Source: an uncultured Planctomycetaceae bacterium (GTDB taxonomy: Bacteria; Planctomycetota; SZUA-567). Taken from it: a stretch of 15,692 nucleotides of DNA. Numbering within the stretch: the stretch's first letter is position 1; every line of letters starts with the position of its first letter. Positions 1-6,237 of this stretch are shown here, piece after piece. The notes beneath the pieces are model-generated. The model worked only from the letters and a program-made list of their open reading frames with translations, did no database searches and had not been told where the DNA came from. The stretch lies in assembly GCA_964389915.1 (NCBI GenBank), contig CAYMGG010000120.1, positions 1 through 15,692 of the forward strand, in the 5' to 3' direction. The position numbers were made by a program, and so were the translations under genes.

Positions 1-848
1 TTGGCATGATAGAGGGCGGCCTGTTCCGGCGGAGCGATGTCGAAGACGCTCTTGCCGATCAATTCCGCTTCGGTCTGGCCATAGAATTCACGGAAGGCCT
101 GATTGATGCGGGTGTAGCGGCCCTGCGCGTCCTTGGCGAAGACGGGCAAGGGGACGGTTTCCAGGAAGGCCCGCTGGTGGGCCGCCGCCGTGCGCAATTC
201 GGCTTCGGCCTGCTGGTGCCGGCGCAGGGCGCGCAGCCGCCCGGCCAGTTCGGCCTGCTCCCGTTCGCCGGGCGGCGGAGCGGATTCGAGGTAGAACGGA
301 TTGTCGCTATATCGTCCGTCGAGCAGCACCTGGGGGTGATGGTCGAGGGCGGCCTGGATCATTCCCGGGGAAAACCGCGTCAGATCGTATTGGCAGAGGC
401 AGGGGAATGGCTGGGCGGAGAGCAACCGGTCCAGGTCGGCCTCGAGCCGACTCAGCTGCGCGGGAGAGGCGGCCCCCGGCAGCAGCCAGGTCATCTCGCT
501 GGTCAGCCGTAGCGCCGACCGGCCGGCCGCCCGGGTTTCCTCTCGGGTCTGGCGCACGAATTCCAGGAAGGCCGCGGTGGCGTCGCCGCCTGCCCCAAAC
601 GCGGCCGCGGAAAGCAGGACCAACTGCCCGCGGTCCAAATACGGCGTTGGATCGCAGCCGACGTGGCGCAGATAGGCCAGGATTCGCTCGGCCGGGTGGG
701 CAGCGGTCAGATAGACCACCCGGTCGTTGGATTCCAGCCCCTGCCGCAGATAGGGAGTGATATAAGCTTCGTGCTCGGCCTCGGTTGCATAGAGGCAAGC
801 ACAGTGGAAACCGGCGCTCGGCACCGGCATTTCCAGGGCGGTCGACAT
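1..848 (-). CDS. Signal-transduction sensor protein with an N-terminal MEDS domain followed by a PAS domain. The 5' (N-terminal) part is in the window; the ORF continues past the left edge, probably into a histidine-kinase or other output module.
   Basis: ATG at 848 (minus) opens a frame that stays open to position 1. I re-verified the frame at 300-360, which reads IQAALDHHPQVLLDGRYSDN. The N-terminus (MSTALEMPVPSAGFHCACLYATEAEHEAYITPYLRQGLESNDRVVYLTAA ... EMTWLLP ... PCLCQYD) matches the conserved His/Cys layout of MEDS domains. Downstream, LETVPLPVFAKDAQGRYTRINQAFREFYGQTEAELIGKSVFDI is a typical PAS core. The ORF track did not list it because it is open at the window edge. The plus-strand ORF 6..512 is its antisense shadow. 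Confidence 0.7.
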   Translation of the reverse strand, partial: MSTALEMPVPSAGFHCACLYATEAEHEAYITPYLRQGLESNDRVVYLTAAHPAERILAYLRHVGCDPTPYLDRGQLVLLSAAAFGAGGDATAAFLEFVRQTREETRAAGRSALRLTSEMTWLLPGAASPAQLSRLEADLDRLLSAQPFPCLCQYDLTRFSPGMIQAALDHHPQVLLDGRYSDNPFYLESAPPPGEREQAELAGRLRALRRHQQAEAELRTAAAHQRAFLETVPLPVFAKDAQGRYTRINQAFREFYGQTEAELIGKSVFDIAPPEQAALYHA

Positions 849-934
849 GTAGTTGTTTTTTTTTGCCCGCGATATCCTTGGTTGCTTTTGCCCACCCCAC
901 CCTGGTGCATTTGGTCCGGGCTGACCGAACGCCC

Positions 935-962
935 ATTTATACTGAAAACCCAGTAAATGCAA
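935..962 (-). promoter_or_regulatory. Candidate sigma70-type promoter for the MEDS-PAS sensor gene. The -35 is TTGCAT (962..957) and the -10 is TATAAAT (941..935), with a 15-nt spacer.
   Basis: On the minus strand the sequence reads TTGCAT-ttactgggttttcag-TATAAAT, inside the AT-rich 465-bp leader 849..1313. The match to consensus is only moderate. The ATG at 848 has no obvious Shine-Dalgarno. Confidence 0.25.
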
Positions 963-1313
963 GTTAATTATTCGTGTGGTGTATGAAGGCGGCGATGCAA
1001 GGGATGGAATTTGTGTAAAATTCACCTGCCTGCCATATCCGGCCAGGTGAGCGCTTGGCCGGATAATGTGGGGTTATTCTATAAACCGGATTAACGGCGA
1101 AGAGAATTACACGGTGGAAGATAGATTTTAGAAATCCACAAAAAGCCGGCGCATTTTTTTGCATCCGCCATGTTTTTGGTTCAGCCAGAATTAGGCATTT
1201 GCTCAGACAATGTCGTGCGGAGGCGGAAGGCCAAGGTTTATACCGCCACGACTTCAGGGATATGTCGCCAATTTTGCCGGTTGTCGAAAAAGCGCACTAT
1301 TCGTTGGCATGAT

Positions 1314-2678
1314 CTAAATCATACAAAATTGCAGGGCATATATGTCGCTGTCAAACAATTCTATGAAGAGCCTGACGGGGCGCTCGGCGAAGGACGCCAA
1401 GTTGCGGTTGCTTTTCCATTTTACTGTTAGGTCAAGTGCGTCTCCGGTCAGAGGAACGCAGTCATCGAGGCTGAACCCTTCAGGCACACTCCCATCCAGA
1501 GTTCTTAACTCGGCCCTGATGCGGCCCGAGGCAGCGGTGCTGGCATTGAGAATCAAGCGTTCGCCGGTAAAGACCAGCGGCTTGGTCAACATGGTACCAC
1601 CGCCATGGCCGGCGTGAAGCGAGGCGAAACCGTCCGTACGCAAGGTATAACGCTGCCCGCTGTGTGTGTGGTAAATAGACATTTCGGTTGGGCCGGTGGG
1701 GATTACGTTGAGCGCGGCATAGTTTGCCCGGTTGCCCCAACGGTGGGGGTCCAGTCCTGGTCGGATAAAAGCTTCCCGGAACGGTCTGAGGAAAGGCGCA
1801 CCCGCCCGCGAGGTCATGAAGACTACTTCCGTTGAGCAGCCAAGGTGTTCCATAAACCGGGTCGGCAGGGCTATGTAAACCTGGGGGGCGCGAAAATAAG
1901 GCTGGATGCAGCTGGTGTAGAGATGCTCGCCCGGCAGGTTTGGCGCTAGGCATTGCGGGGCGGACCAGCTGCGAAAATCAGGAGAAGTGGAGCGGGAGAT
2001 GGTCCGTAGCGTTCCGTGCGGCGTGCTCCAGGTTCGGTAATAGCAAACATAGCAATTTTCCGCCTCCGACCAGAAGGCGATATTTTGCGAATCAAAGGCA
2101 TAAATGCTGGCGCTTTTGTCGGGGGGGCTGATTAACGGTTCCGGCTGGACGAAACGCCATTTAAGTCCGTCGGCGCTGGCCAGAAAATATAGCCCTTGAT
2201 TATATTTTAGCTCTATTTGTTCGGGATTGGCCGTATTGGGATGCATTCCGCCAAGGGCTTTATATTTTTCCGCGGGGTCGATGCCAGGCTTAGTGTCAAG
2301 AAACGGCGTGAAGTTGTGAGAGACTCCGCCGGGAGCATAAAGCATTGCCTGGCCATAGATGACCGGGGAGCTTCCGGTCTCCTGGGGCGGTTGCGGGACA
2401 TGCCATTCGATCCCGTCATAGCTTTCCGCGCAACAGGTTATTTCCCCCGGATTCCCATCATAAATGGGACCCTCGAAGCCAGGCAAATAGGCGCGGAAGT
2501 AGGCGCGATATAATCCTCCGTCTCGGATGAGGGTCATGTATGAACCGCGGATCGGACTGGCGGTCATGGGTTGAGGCTGCGGAGAGTGCAAGCGTAAGGC
2601 GCAATTTTTGGTCTCTTCAATCAAACAATCGTCGAACAACGGCTCAAGGTGAGAGTCGATTTTAATCGCCTGCGTCAT
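1314..2678 (-). CDS. Hypothetical cytoplasmic beta-propeller glycoside-hydrolase-like protein, about 454 aa, with a C-terminal beta-sandwich-like domain (GH32/GH43-like architecture). The function is unassigned.
   Basis: Long ORF with stop CTA(rc TAG) at 1314. ATG at 2678 is preceded by AGAGGA (gaaatgagaggatctgccATG). Alternative starts are ATG 2693, which overlaps the upstream gene's stop as ATGA, and TTG 2702, which is the ORF-track start. The protein is Trp/Tyr/Gly-rich with propeller-like patterns (FDSQNIAFWSEAENCYVCYYRTW, WGNRANYAALNVIPTG). Its C-terminus (LILNASTAASGRIRAELRTLDGSVPEGFSLDDCVPLTGDALDLTVKW ... VRLFIELFDSDIYAL) resembles the beta-sandwich tails of GH32/GH43 enzymes. No signal peptide. 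It is co-oriented and tightly spaced with the upstream operon genes. Confidence 0.75.
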   Translation of the reverse strand: MTQAIKIDSHLEPLFDDCLIEETKNCALRLHSPQPQPMTASPIRGSYMTLIRDGGLYRAYFRAYLPGFEGPIYDGNPGEITCCAESYDGIEWHVPQPPQETGSSPVIYGQAMLYAPGGVSHNFTPFLDTKPGIDPAEKYKALGGMHPNTANPEQIELKYNQGLYFLASADGLKWRFVQPEPLISPPDKSASIYAFDSQNIAFWSEAENCYVCYYRTWSTPHGTLRTISRSTSPDFRSWSAPQCLAPNLPGEHLYTSCIQPYFRAPQVYIALPTRFMEHLGCSTEVVFMTSRAGAPFLRPFREAFIRPGLDPHRWGNRANYAALNVIPTGPTEMSIYHTHSGQRYTLRTDGFASLHAGHGGGTMLTKPLVFTGERLILNASTAASGRIRAELRTLDGSVPEGFSLDDCVPLTGDALDLTVKWKSNRNLASFAERPVRLFIELFDSDIYALQFCMI

Positions 2679-2689
2679 GGCAGATCCTC

Positions 2690-2995
2690 TCATTTCATCC
2701 AAATTATGAAGGCCAGCACGGATTGCAGTATCGCCGCCAGCAAATTACTCGCCCAAATTCCAAGCCTGCGGAATCGTATCCCGTAAAAAACGGCGAAGAT
2801 ATAAATCGCTAGAAAGCCAAGGACATAACCGGGCGAGAGGGAAGATGGCAGCGGGGAATACCATTCGGCGGCAACTTGCCGGCCGATGCAAGTGCAGCCG
2901 AAGAATCCGGCTAGGAGCATGGCGATTTCCCAGCGGCCAGCCAGAAAGTTTCCTATCAGGGGAGCGCTGAGCCTTCCCCTTGAATCACCAAACAT
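2690..2995 (-). CDS. Small hydrophobic membrane protein, 101 aa, predicted to have 2-3 transmembrane helices. Function unknown.
   Basis: ATG at 2995 lies 13 bp after the stop of the aldolase gene, with GAGGG upstream (gagtgagggcatgccATG). The stop TGA (2692..2690) overlaps the ATG at 2693 of the downstream gene. The sequence LLAGFFGCTCIG...YVLGFLAIYIFAVFYGIRF...LLAAILQSVLAFIIW is strongly hydrophobic. It has no recognisable family; the call rests on operon position and hydrophobicity. Confidence 0.5.
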   Translation of the reverse strand: MFGDSRGRLSAPLIGNFLAGRWEIAMLLAGFFGCTCIGRQVAAEWYSPLPSSLSPGYVLGFLAIYIFAVFYGIRFRRLGIWASNLLAAILQSVLAFIIWMK

Positions 2996-3008
2996 GGCAT
3001 GCCCTCAC

Positions 3009-3917
3009 TCAAGACCGAGTTACGGCCTCCAGGCCTATGTATTCGGCCAGGATTTCTTCGGCCTGGGCCAGCAGGGCGGTTTCCGCCTCGGCCGGCAGGC
3101 GGGCGAGGAGCGGCTCGCGGCAGAAGCCAGGCTCCAGCCCGCGCAGCCGCAGCAGCGTTTGCATGGCCGGAATGAGCGAGTATTTCTGCAACAACTCGAC
3201 CAAAGCCACCGAGCGTTGCTGCAACCGCTCGGCGACGGAGAATTCGCCGGCCTGATAGTGGCGATAGATTTCCAGGTAGAGTTCGGGGCAGAGGCTCATG
3301 GTCGTGCCGATGGCGCCGACGGCGCCCATGGTCAGTCCGGGGAGGCAGAGGTCGTCGGGGCCGGAGAAGGCCAGCCAGCGGCCGCCGCTCTGATCGAGAA
3401 TCCGGCGCAGCAGAGCGAAATTGGGGTCAGTGAACTTCAGCCCCCGGATGTTCGGCAGGTCGGCCAGGCGCCGCATCAGCTCCAAGGGCAGGCTCTGCCC
3501 GGTCAATTTGGGAATGTAATAGATGAACAGGGGCAGGGGGGTGGCCTCGCTGAGCGTGCGGTAATAGGCGTAAATCTCGTCCGCGCCGTGCGGCCAATAG
3601 ACGGGCGGCAAAGAGGAGACCGCGTCATAACCCAGGTCCGCGGCGGCCCGGGCCAGGCGGACCGCGTCGCGGGTGGTGAAGGCCGCCACGTGGGCGATCA
3701 GTTCGGTCCGCCCGTCGGCTTCCGCTTTGACGGTTTTAAAGATAGTTTCGCGTTCCTCGACCGAGAGGAACGACCAGAGACCGGAGTTGCCGGTAACATA
3801 GAGGCCGTTGATGCCCCGGTCGATCAGAAAGCGGACATGGGCCCGCAGCCGCCGCGGGCAAACCTCGCCTGCTTCATCGAAGGGGGTCAGCAAAGCGGCA
3901 TAGACGCCTTTGAACAT
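3009..3917 (-). CDS. DapA/NanA-family class I (Schiff-base) aldolase, most similar to N-acetylneuraminate lyase, 302 aa.
   Basis: ATG at 3917 with GGAGA 8 nt upstream; stop TGA at 3011..3009. Motifs match the family: GVYAALLTPFDEAGEV (N-terminal), YYIP (equivalent to the catalytic Tyr in the NanA YNIP motif), and IRGLKFTDPNFALLRRI (very close to the NanA Schiff-base lysine segment GVKFTAGDFYLLERL). The PROSITE G-x-T-G-E motif is replaced by G-N-S-G-L at 3791..3777. The large plus-strand ORF 2886..3980 is its antisense shadow. Confidence 0.88.
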   Translation of the reverse strand: MFKGVYAALLTPFDEAGEVCPRRLRAHVRFLIDRGINGLYVTGNSGLWSFLSVEERETIFKTVKAEADGRTELIAHVAAFTTRDAVRLARAAADLGYDAVSSLPPVYWPHGADEIYAYYRTLSEATPLPLFIYYIPKLTGQSLPLELMRRLADLPNIRGLKFTDPNFALLRRILDQSGGRWLAFSGPDDLCLPGLTMGAVGAIGTTMSLCPELYLEIYRHYQAGEFSVAERLQQRSVALVELLQKYSLIPAMQTLLRLRGLEPGFCREPLLARLPAEAETALLAQAEEILAEYIGLEAVTRS

Positions 3918-3990
3918 GGCAGAGTCTCCATTCGCCGAGGCCAGACGGGGCCGGCGGCTATAGTTTGGACGGTCAAATAAGGTCTTCCCG

Positions 3991-4014
3991 CCGCCCCGCG
4001 CGCGAACGGGGCGG
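3991..4014. terminator. GC-rich hairpin in the 105-bp gap between the sialidase-like gene and the aldolase gene. It may be an intra-operon attenuator or partial terminator.
   Basis: Arms ccgccccg (3991..3998) and cggggcgg (4007..4014) flank the loop cgcgcgaa. On the minus strand it is followed by the moderately U-rich CTTATTTGA, so there is no clean U-tract. Confidence 0.3.
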
Positions 4015-4022
4015 GAACGGAT

Positions 4023-5126
4023 TCATTTCGCCGGCAAGCGCCAGTGCACGGCTTTCAGACAGGGCTTTTCCCCGGGGCGGTCGATCTCGTAATAAACCGT
4101 CAGGATCGTGCCGTCCGGCAGTTGGATCGAGGCCGGGTAACCGTGATCTCCGTTGGGGGCGCAAGTCAGCCGCAGAGGCGTACCCCACGTCCGGCCGTTA
4201 TCGACGCTCAGGCTGGCGTATTGGCCGAAGGGCTCGCGGCGCACGCCGTAGACGGTCAGCAACCGGCCGTCGGCCAGGGCCACCAGATGTGGAGGATAGC
4301 CCCAGAGCGGGGTCGGATGGGCGGTGGTCCAGGTCCGGCCGCCGTCGCGGCTCTCGCTCTGCCGCAGAAAGTGCTGGGCGACATCTTGGGGTTGGTAGCG
4401 GATCTGGCAGACCAGTGTGCCGTCGGATGCCTCGACCACGTGCGGTTCGTGATAATGCGTGATCGACTCGCCGGTCGGAAGGGGCACTGTGCCCAGAGGC
4501 TCCCAGGTGCGGCCGTCGTTCAAAGATTCACAGGCGCTGACAATGCCGCCGTGGCCTTCCGGGCCGTAGAACAGGTGCTTGCCAAGATAGAGCAGGCGGC
4601 CATCGCGCAGGCCGATGGGGCCATGCGGGGCCGAACCCGGCACCCGGACCGGGGCCTCCCAGGTCCGGCCGCCGTCGGGTGAGCGCCGGACCCAGCTCCC
4701 GAGCCAGTACTGACGGGTCTCGGGCCCCAGTTTTTCGGCATGCCGCCGCCACTGCTCGGCGAGCAGGCGTCGGGTCGATTCTTCCTTAATCCAGTTTAGG
4801 TCGGACCACTTTTCGAAAGCCAGCGAGGTGAACCAGCTGACCAGCAGGGCGCCGCCGGGCGTCTCGATGAGGCCGGCGTCGCGGTCGTCCAGCGGAAAGT
4901 TGTTGATCGTCTCCGGTGCGCTCCAGGTTTGGCCTTGGTTCGCGCTGCGCACGATCTGGGTTTTGCCCCAGGGACAAATGTGCGATTCGCGGTCGCCGGA
5001 AAAGGCGGCCAGCAGTTCGCCGTTCCGGCTGCGGCAGATGGAAGGCCAGCCGATGTAGCGGTTCTCCTGGCGGCAGATGACCTGCGTATCGATGACTTCG
5101 GCGGGAAGCCCCTCGACTTGCGACAT
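4023..5126 (-). CDS. BNR/Asp-box repeat beta-propeller glycosidase, exo-alpha-sialidase (GH33)-like, 367 aa. Predicted cytoplasmic, with no signal peptide.
   Basis: ATG at 5126 (MSQVEGLPAEV...) with AAGGA 8 nt upstream; stop at 4023. Five Asp-box motifs of the form S-x-D/N-x-G-x-T-W are present: SANQGQTW, SPDGGRTW, SLNDGRTW, SRDGGRTW, SVDNGRTW. The ORF-track version 4023..5972 (649 aa) extends N-terminally through an Arg/Pro-rich, low-complexity read-through of the GntR gene in another frame, and I reject that extension. The canonical sialidase RIP motif is not obvious (the sequence reads RYIGWPSI), so substrate specificity is uncertain. Confidence 0.8.
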   Translation of the reverse strand: MSQVEGLPAEVIDTQVICRQENRYIGWPSICRSRNGELLAAFSGDRESHICPWGKTQIVRSANQGQTWSAPETINNFPLDDRDAGLIETPGGALLVSWFTSLAFEKWSDLNWIKEESTRRLLAEQWRRHAEKLGPETRQYWLGSWVRRSPDGGRTWEAPVRVPGSAPHGPIGLRDGRLLYLGKHLFYGPEGHGGIVSACESLNDGRTWEPLGTVPLPTGESITHYHEPHVVEASDGTLVCQIRYQPQDVAQHFLRQSESRDGGRTWTTAHPTPLWGYPPHLVALADGRLLTVYGVRREPFGQYASLSVDNGRTWGTPLRLTCAPNGDHGYPASIQLPDGTILTVYYEIDRPGEKPCLKAVHWRLPAK

Positions 5127-5153
5127 GACCTGATTCCTTTGCGAAAGATTTGG

Positions 5154-5180
5154 CCGGCCCCGGACGGGGCCGGAGTTTTT
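5154..5180. terminator. Hairpin with an adjacent T-run between the GntR gene stop (5183) and the sialidase start (5126). It may be a partial terminator or attenuator separating regulator and enzyme transcripts.
   Basis: CCGGCCCC-ggac-GGGGCCGG is a perfect 8-bp stem (5154..5161 and 5166..5173), followed on the plus strand by AGTTTTT (5174..5180). On the minus strand, the operon direction, the trailing sequence is only AAATCTTT. The orientation therefore better fits terminating antisense (plus-strand) transcription, or a weak bidirectional element. Confidence 0.35.
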
Positions 5181-5182
5181 GA

Positions 5183-5839
5183 CTATTCGGCCAGCGGGCG
5201 GAGCTTGATCTCCAGGGCCTGCTCCAGCAGGCGCTCTTTGGCCCACTGGCTGTGGCCGCGCAGCAGGCGCTCGCTCTCGGCGGCGTCGCGCTGCCGGAGG
5301 GCCTGGACGATCAATTGATGTCCGTAGGGCGTCTCCCCGGCCGAGTAGCGCCGGGCGGATTTGTGGTACATCAGGAAAGCGCGCTCGATCACGGCGAAGT
5401 CGGCCATCACCTTGCCCAGCAGCTGATGCGCCGACAGATTCACGATCAATTCGTGGAAGCCCCGGTCGGCGGCGCGCAGCGCCGTCCGATCCCCGGCGGC
5501 TTCGGCCGCGTCCAGTTGGTCCGCCAATCTGGCCAGACGGTCGAGGTCTTTTTCGGTGGCCGTTTCGGCGATCAGTCGGCCGGCGAAACCTTCCAGCACC
5601 GCCCGCAGATCGTAGATCTCGGCGACTTCGCGCAGTTCCGGGCGGCGCAGCGAGATGCCGCGGTTTTTGCGCCTTTCGATCAGGCCGCGCAGTTCGAGGA
5701 AATTGAGCGCTTCGCGGATCGGCGTGCGGCTGACCCCGAACTTGTCCACCAGCTCGTTTTCTGTCAGCTTCTGGTCGGCCGGGTCGGCCAGATTCAGCAA
5801 TTCTCTTTCGATGGCCGCGGCCAAATGGTTCTTTTGCAT
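5183..5839 (-). CDS. GntR-family (FadR/FCD-type) transcriptional regulator, 218 aa.
   Basis: ATG at 5839 with GGAGA upstream; stop TAG at 5185..5183. The N-terminal winged-HTH segment LTENELVDKFGVSRTPIREALNFLELRGLIERRKNRG is a canonical GntR signature. The C-terminal all-helical domain has the conserved His/Asp pattern of the FCD type. It is the first gene of the minus-strand operon. Confidence 0.9.
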   Translation of the reverse strand: MQKNHLAAAIERELLNLADPADQKLTENELVDKFGVSRTPIREALNFLELRGLIERRKNRGISLRRPELREVAEIYDLRAVLEGFAGRLIAETATEKDLDRLARLADQLDAAEAAGDRTALRAADRGFHELIVNLSAHQLLGKVMADFAVIERAFLMYHKSARRYSAGETPYGHQLIVQALRQRDAAESERLLRGHSQWAKERLLEQALEIKLRPLAE

Positions 5840-5857
5840 GTGGATTCAATCTCCAGG

Positions 5858-5896
5858 AATATGTATACATATTACGAGATAAATATCCTTTGTCAA
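5858..5896 (-). promoter_or_regulatory. Near-consensus sigma70 promoter for the GntR-led operon, with an overlapping perfect 16-bp palindromic GntR-type operator (AATATGTATACATATT).
   Basis: On the minus strand the sequence reads TTGACA (5896..5891), a 16-nt spacer, then TAATAT (5874..5869). The palindrome aatATGTATACATatt (5858..5873) overlaps the -10 and the predicted +1. It contains the GT-N-AC core typical of GntR/FadR operators, which is the classic arrangement for autorepression. Confidence 0.55.
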
Positions 5897-5916
5897 GAGT
5901 CGGGACGGGATTGGCC

Positions 5917-5954
5917 AAAAAAAAGCCGGCCACAGGCATGGCCGGCCGGTTTCT
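5917..5954 (-). terminator. Rho-independent terminator of bidirectional type. It would stop minus-strand transcripts arriving from the upstream 802-aa gene and insulate the GntR operon promoter.
   Basis: AAAAAAAA (5917..5924), then GCCGGCCA (5925..5932), loop caggca, TGGCCGGC (5939..5946), then cgGTTTCT. The stem is a perfect 8 bp. On the minus strand the hairpin is followed by an 8-U tract. Confidence 0.6.
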
Positions 5955-6008
5955 GAACCCAGCTCTTCGCAAATGCGAGGAGGATATACGCTAGCGGTCG
6001 TACCGGTG

Positions 6009-6107
6009 TCTCCCTCTCTCCGCGGGAGGGGGCTGGGGAGAGGGAGTTGCCCCCCGCGCTCCTCGGGGCAGCCCCCTTTTTACCGACCCTCCCCCGGAGA
6101 GGGAGGG
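6009..6107. repeat. Cluster of GC-rich imperfect palindromes (hairpins) sharing the direct-repeat motif GGAGAGGGAG. This is a REP-like element or a structured small-RNA candidate.
   Basis: Hairpin 1 is tCTCCCTCTCTCC (6009..6021) paired with GGGGAGAGGGAG (6033..6044), with a G-rich loop gcgggagggggct. Hairpin 2 is TGCCCC (about 6049) paired with GGGGCA (about 6066), followed by GCCCCCTTTTT. Hairpin 3 is CCCTCCC-ccggaga-GGGAGGG (6087..6107). GGAGAGGGAG occurs twice (6035..6044 and 6097..6106). G-runs of the form GGGAGGGGGCTGGGGAGAGGG are compatible with G-quadruplex formation. There is no ORF with a plausible start/RBS in this 320-bp gap. Confidence 0.4.
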
Positions 6108-6201
6108 AGTCCGGCGCGACGATCGCTTCTTTCTTATGAGGCGCTGAACTAAGCCCTAAACGGGCGCGAGGGGGAAGCCGGAGGAGAATTTTTTAGCGGG
6201 G

Positions 6202-6237
6202 TCCGGGGGACCTTTTATGCAAAAAAGGTCCCCCGGA
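6202..6237 (-). terminator. Strong 15-bp hairpin about 40 bp downstream of the 802-aa gene stop, likely its transcription terminator despite the missing U-tract.
   Basis: tCCGGGGGACCTTTT-atgcaa-AAAAGGTCCCCCGGa is perfectly complementary. On the minus strand it is followed by A-rich sequence (ccccgctaaaaaatt) rather than U-rich, so termination efficiency is uncertain. Confidence 0.4.

Noticed and set aside
6-512. Plus-strand 168-aa ORF, with nested ORFs 307..936(-), 407..760(+) and 663..956(+).
   Set aside because: It is antisense to, or off-frame from, the MEDS-PAS gene, whose translation carries recognisable domain motifs. The alternative products are Arg/Gly/Pro-rich low-complexity sequence typical of spurious ORFs in high-GC DNA.
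964-1430. Short ORFs 964..1164(-) and 1170..1430(+) in the AT-rich leader.
   Set aside because: Neither has an RBS or recognisable motifs. They lie in a region best explained as promoter or 5' leader of the sensor gene. The 1170..1430 ORF overlaps the 3' end of the hydrolase gene on the opposite strand.
2886-3980. Plus-strand 364-aa ORF.
   Set aside because: It is fully antisense to the NanA-like aldolase gene, which has clear family motifs. The protein is Gln/Gly/Arg-rich and low-complexity.
4044-5956. Plus-strand ORFs 4044..4682, 4929..5318 and 5252..5956, and minus-strand ORFs 4520..4752 and 4786..4977.
   Set aside because: They are antisense or off-frame shadows of the sialidase and GntR genes, with no motifs and a low-complexity composition.
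4023-5972. 649-aa ORF-track version of the sialidase gene.
   Set aside because: The N-terminal 282 residues are an Arg/Pro/Gly-rich read-through of the GntR gene region in another frame. The real start is ATG 5126, which has an SD and is the first ATG after the GntR stop.
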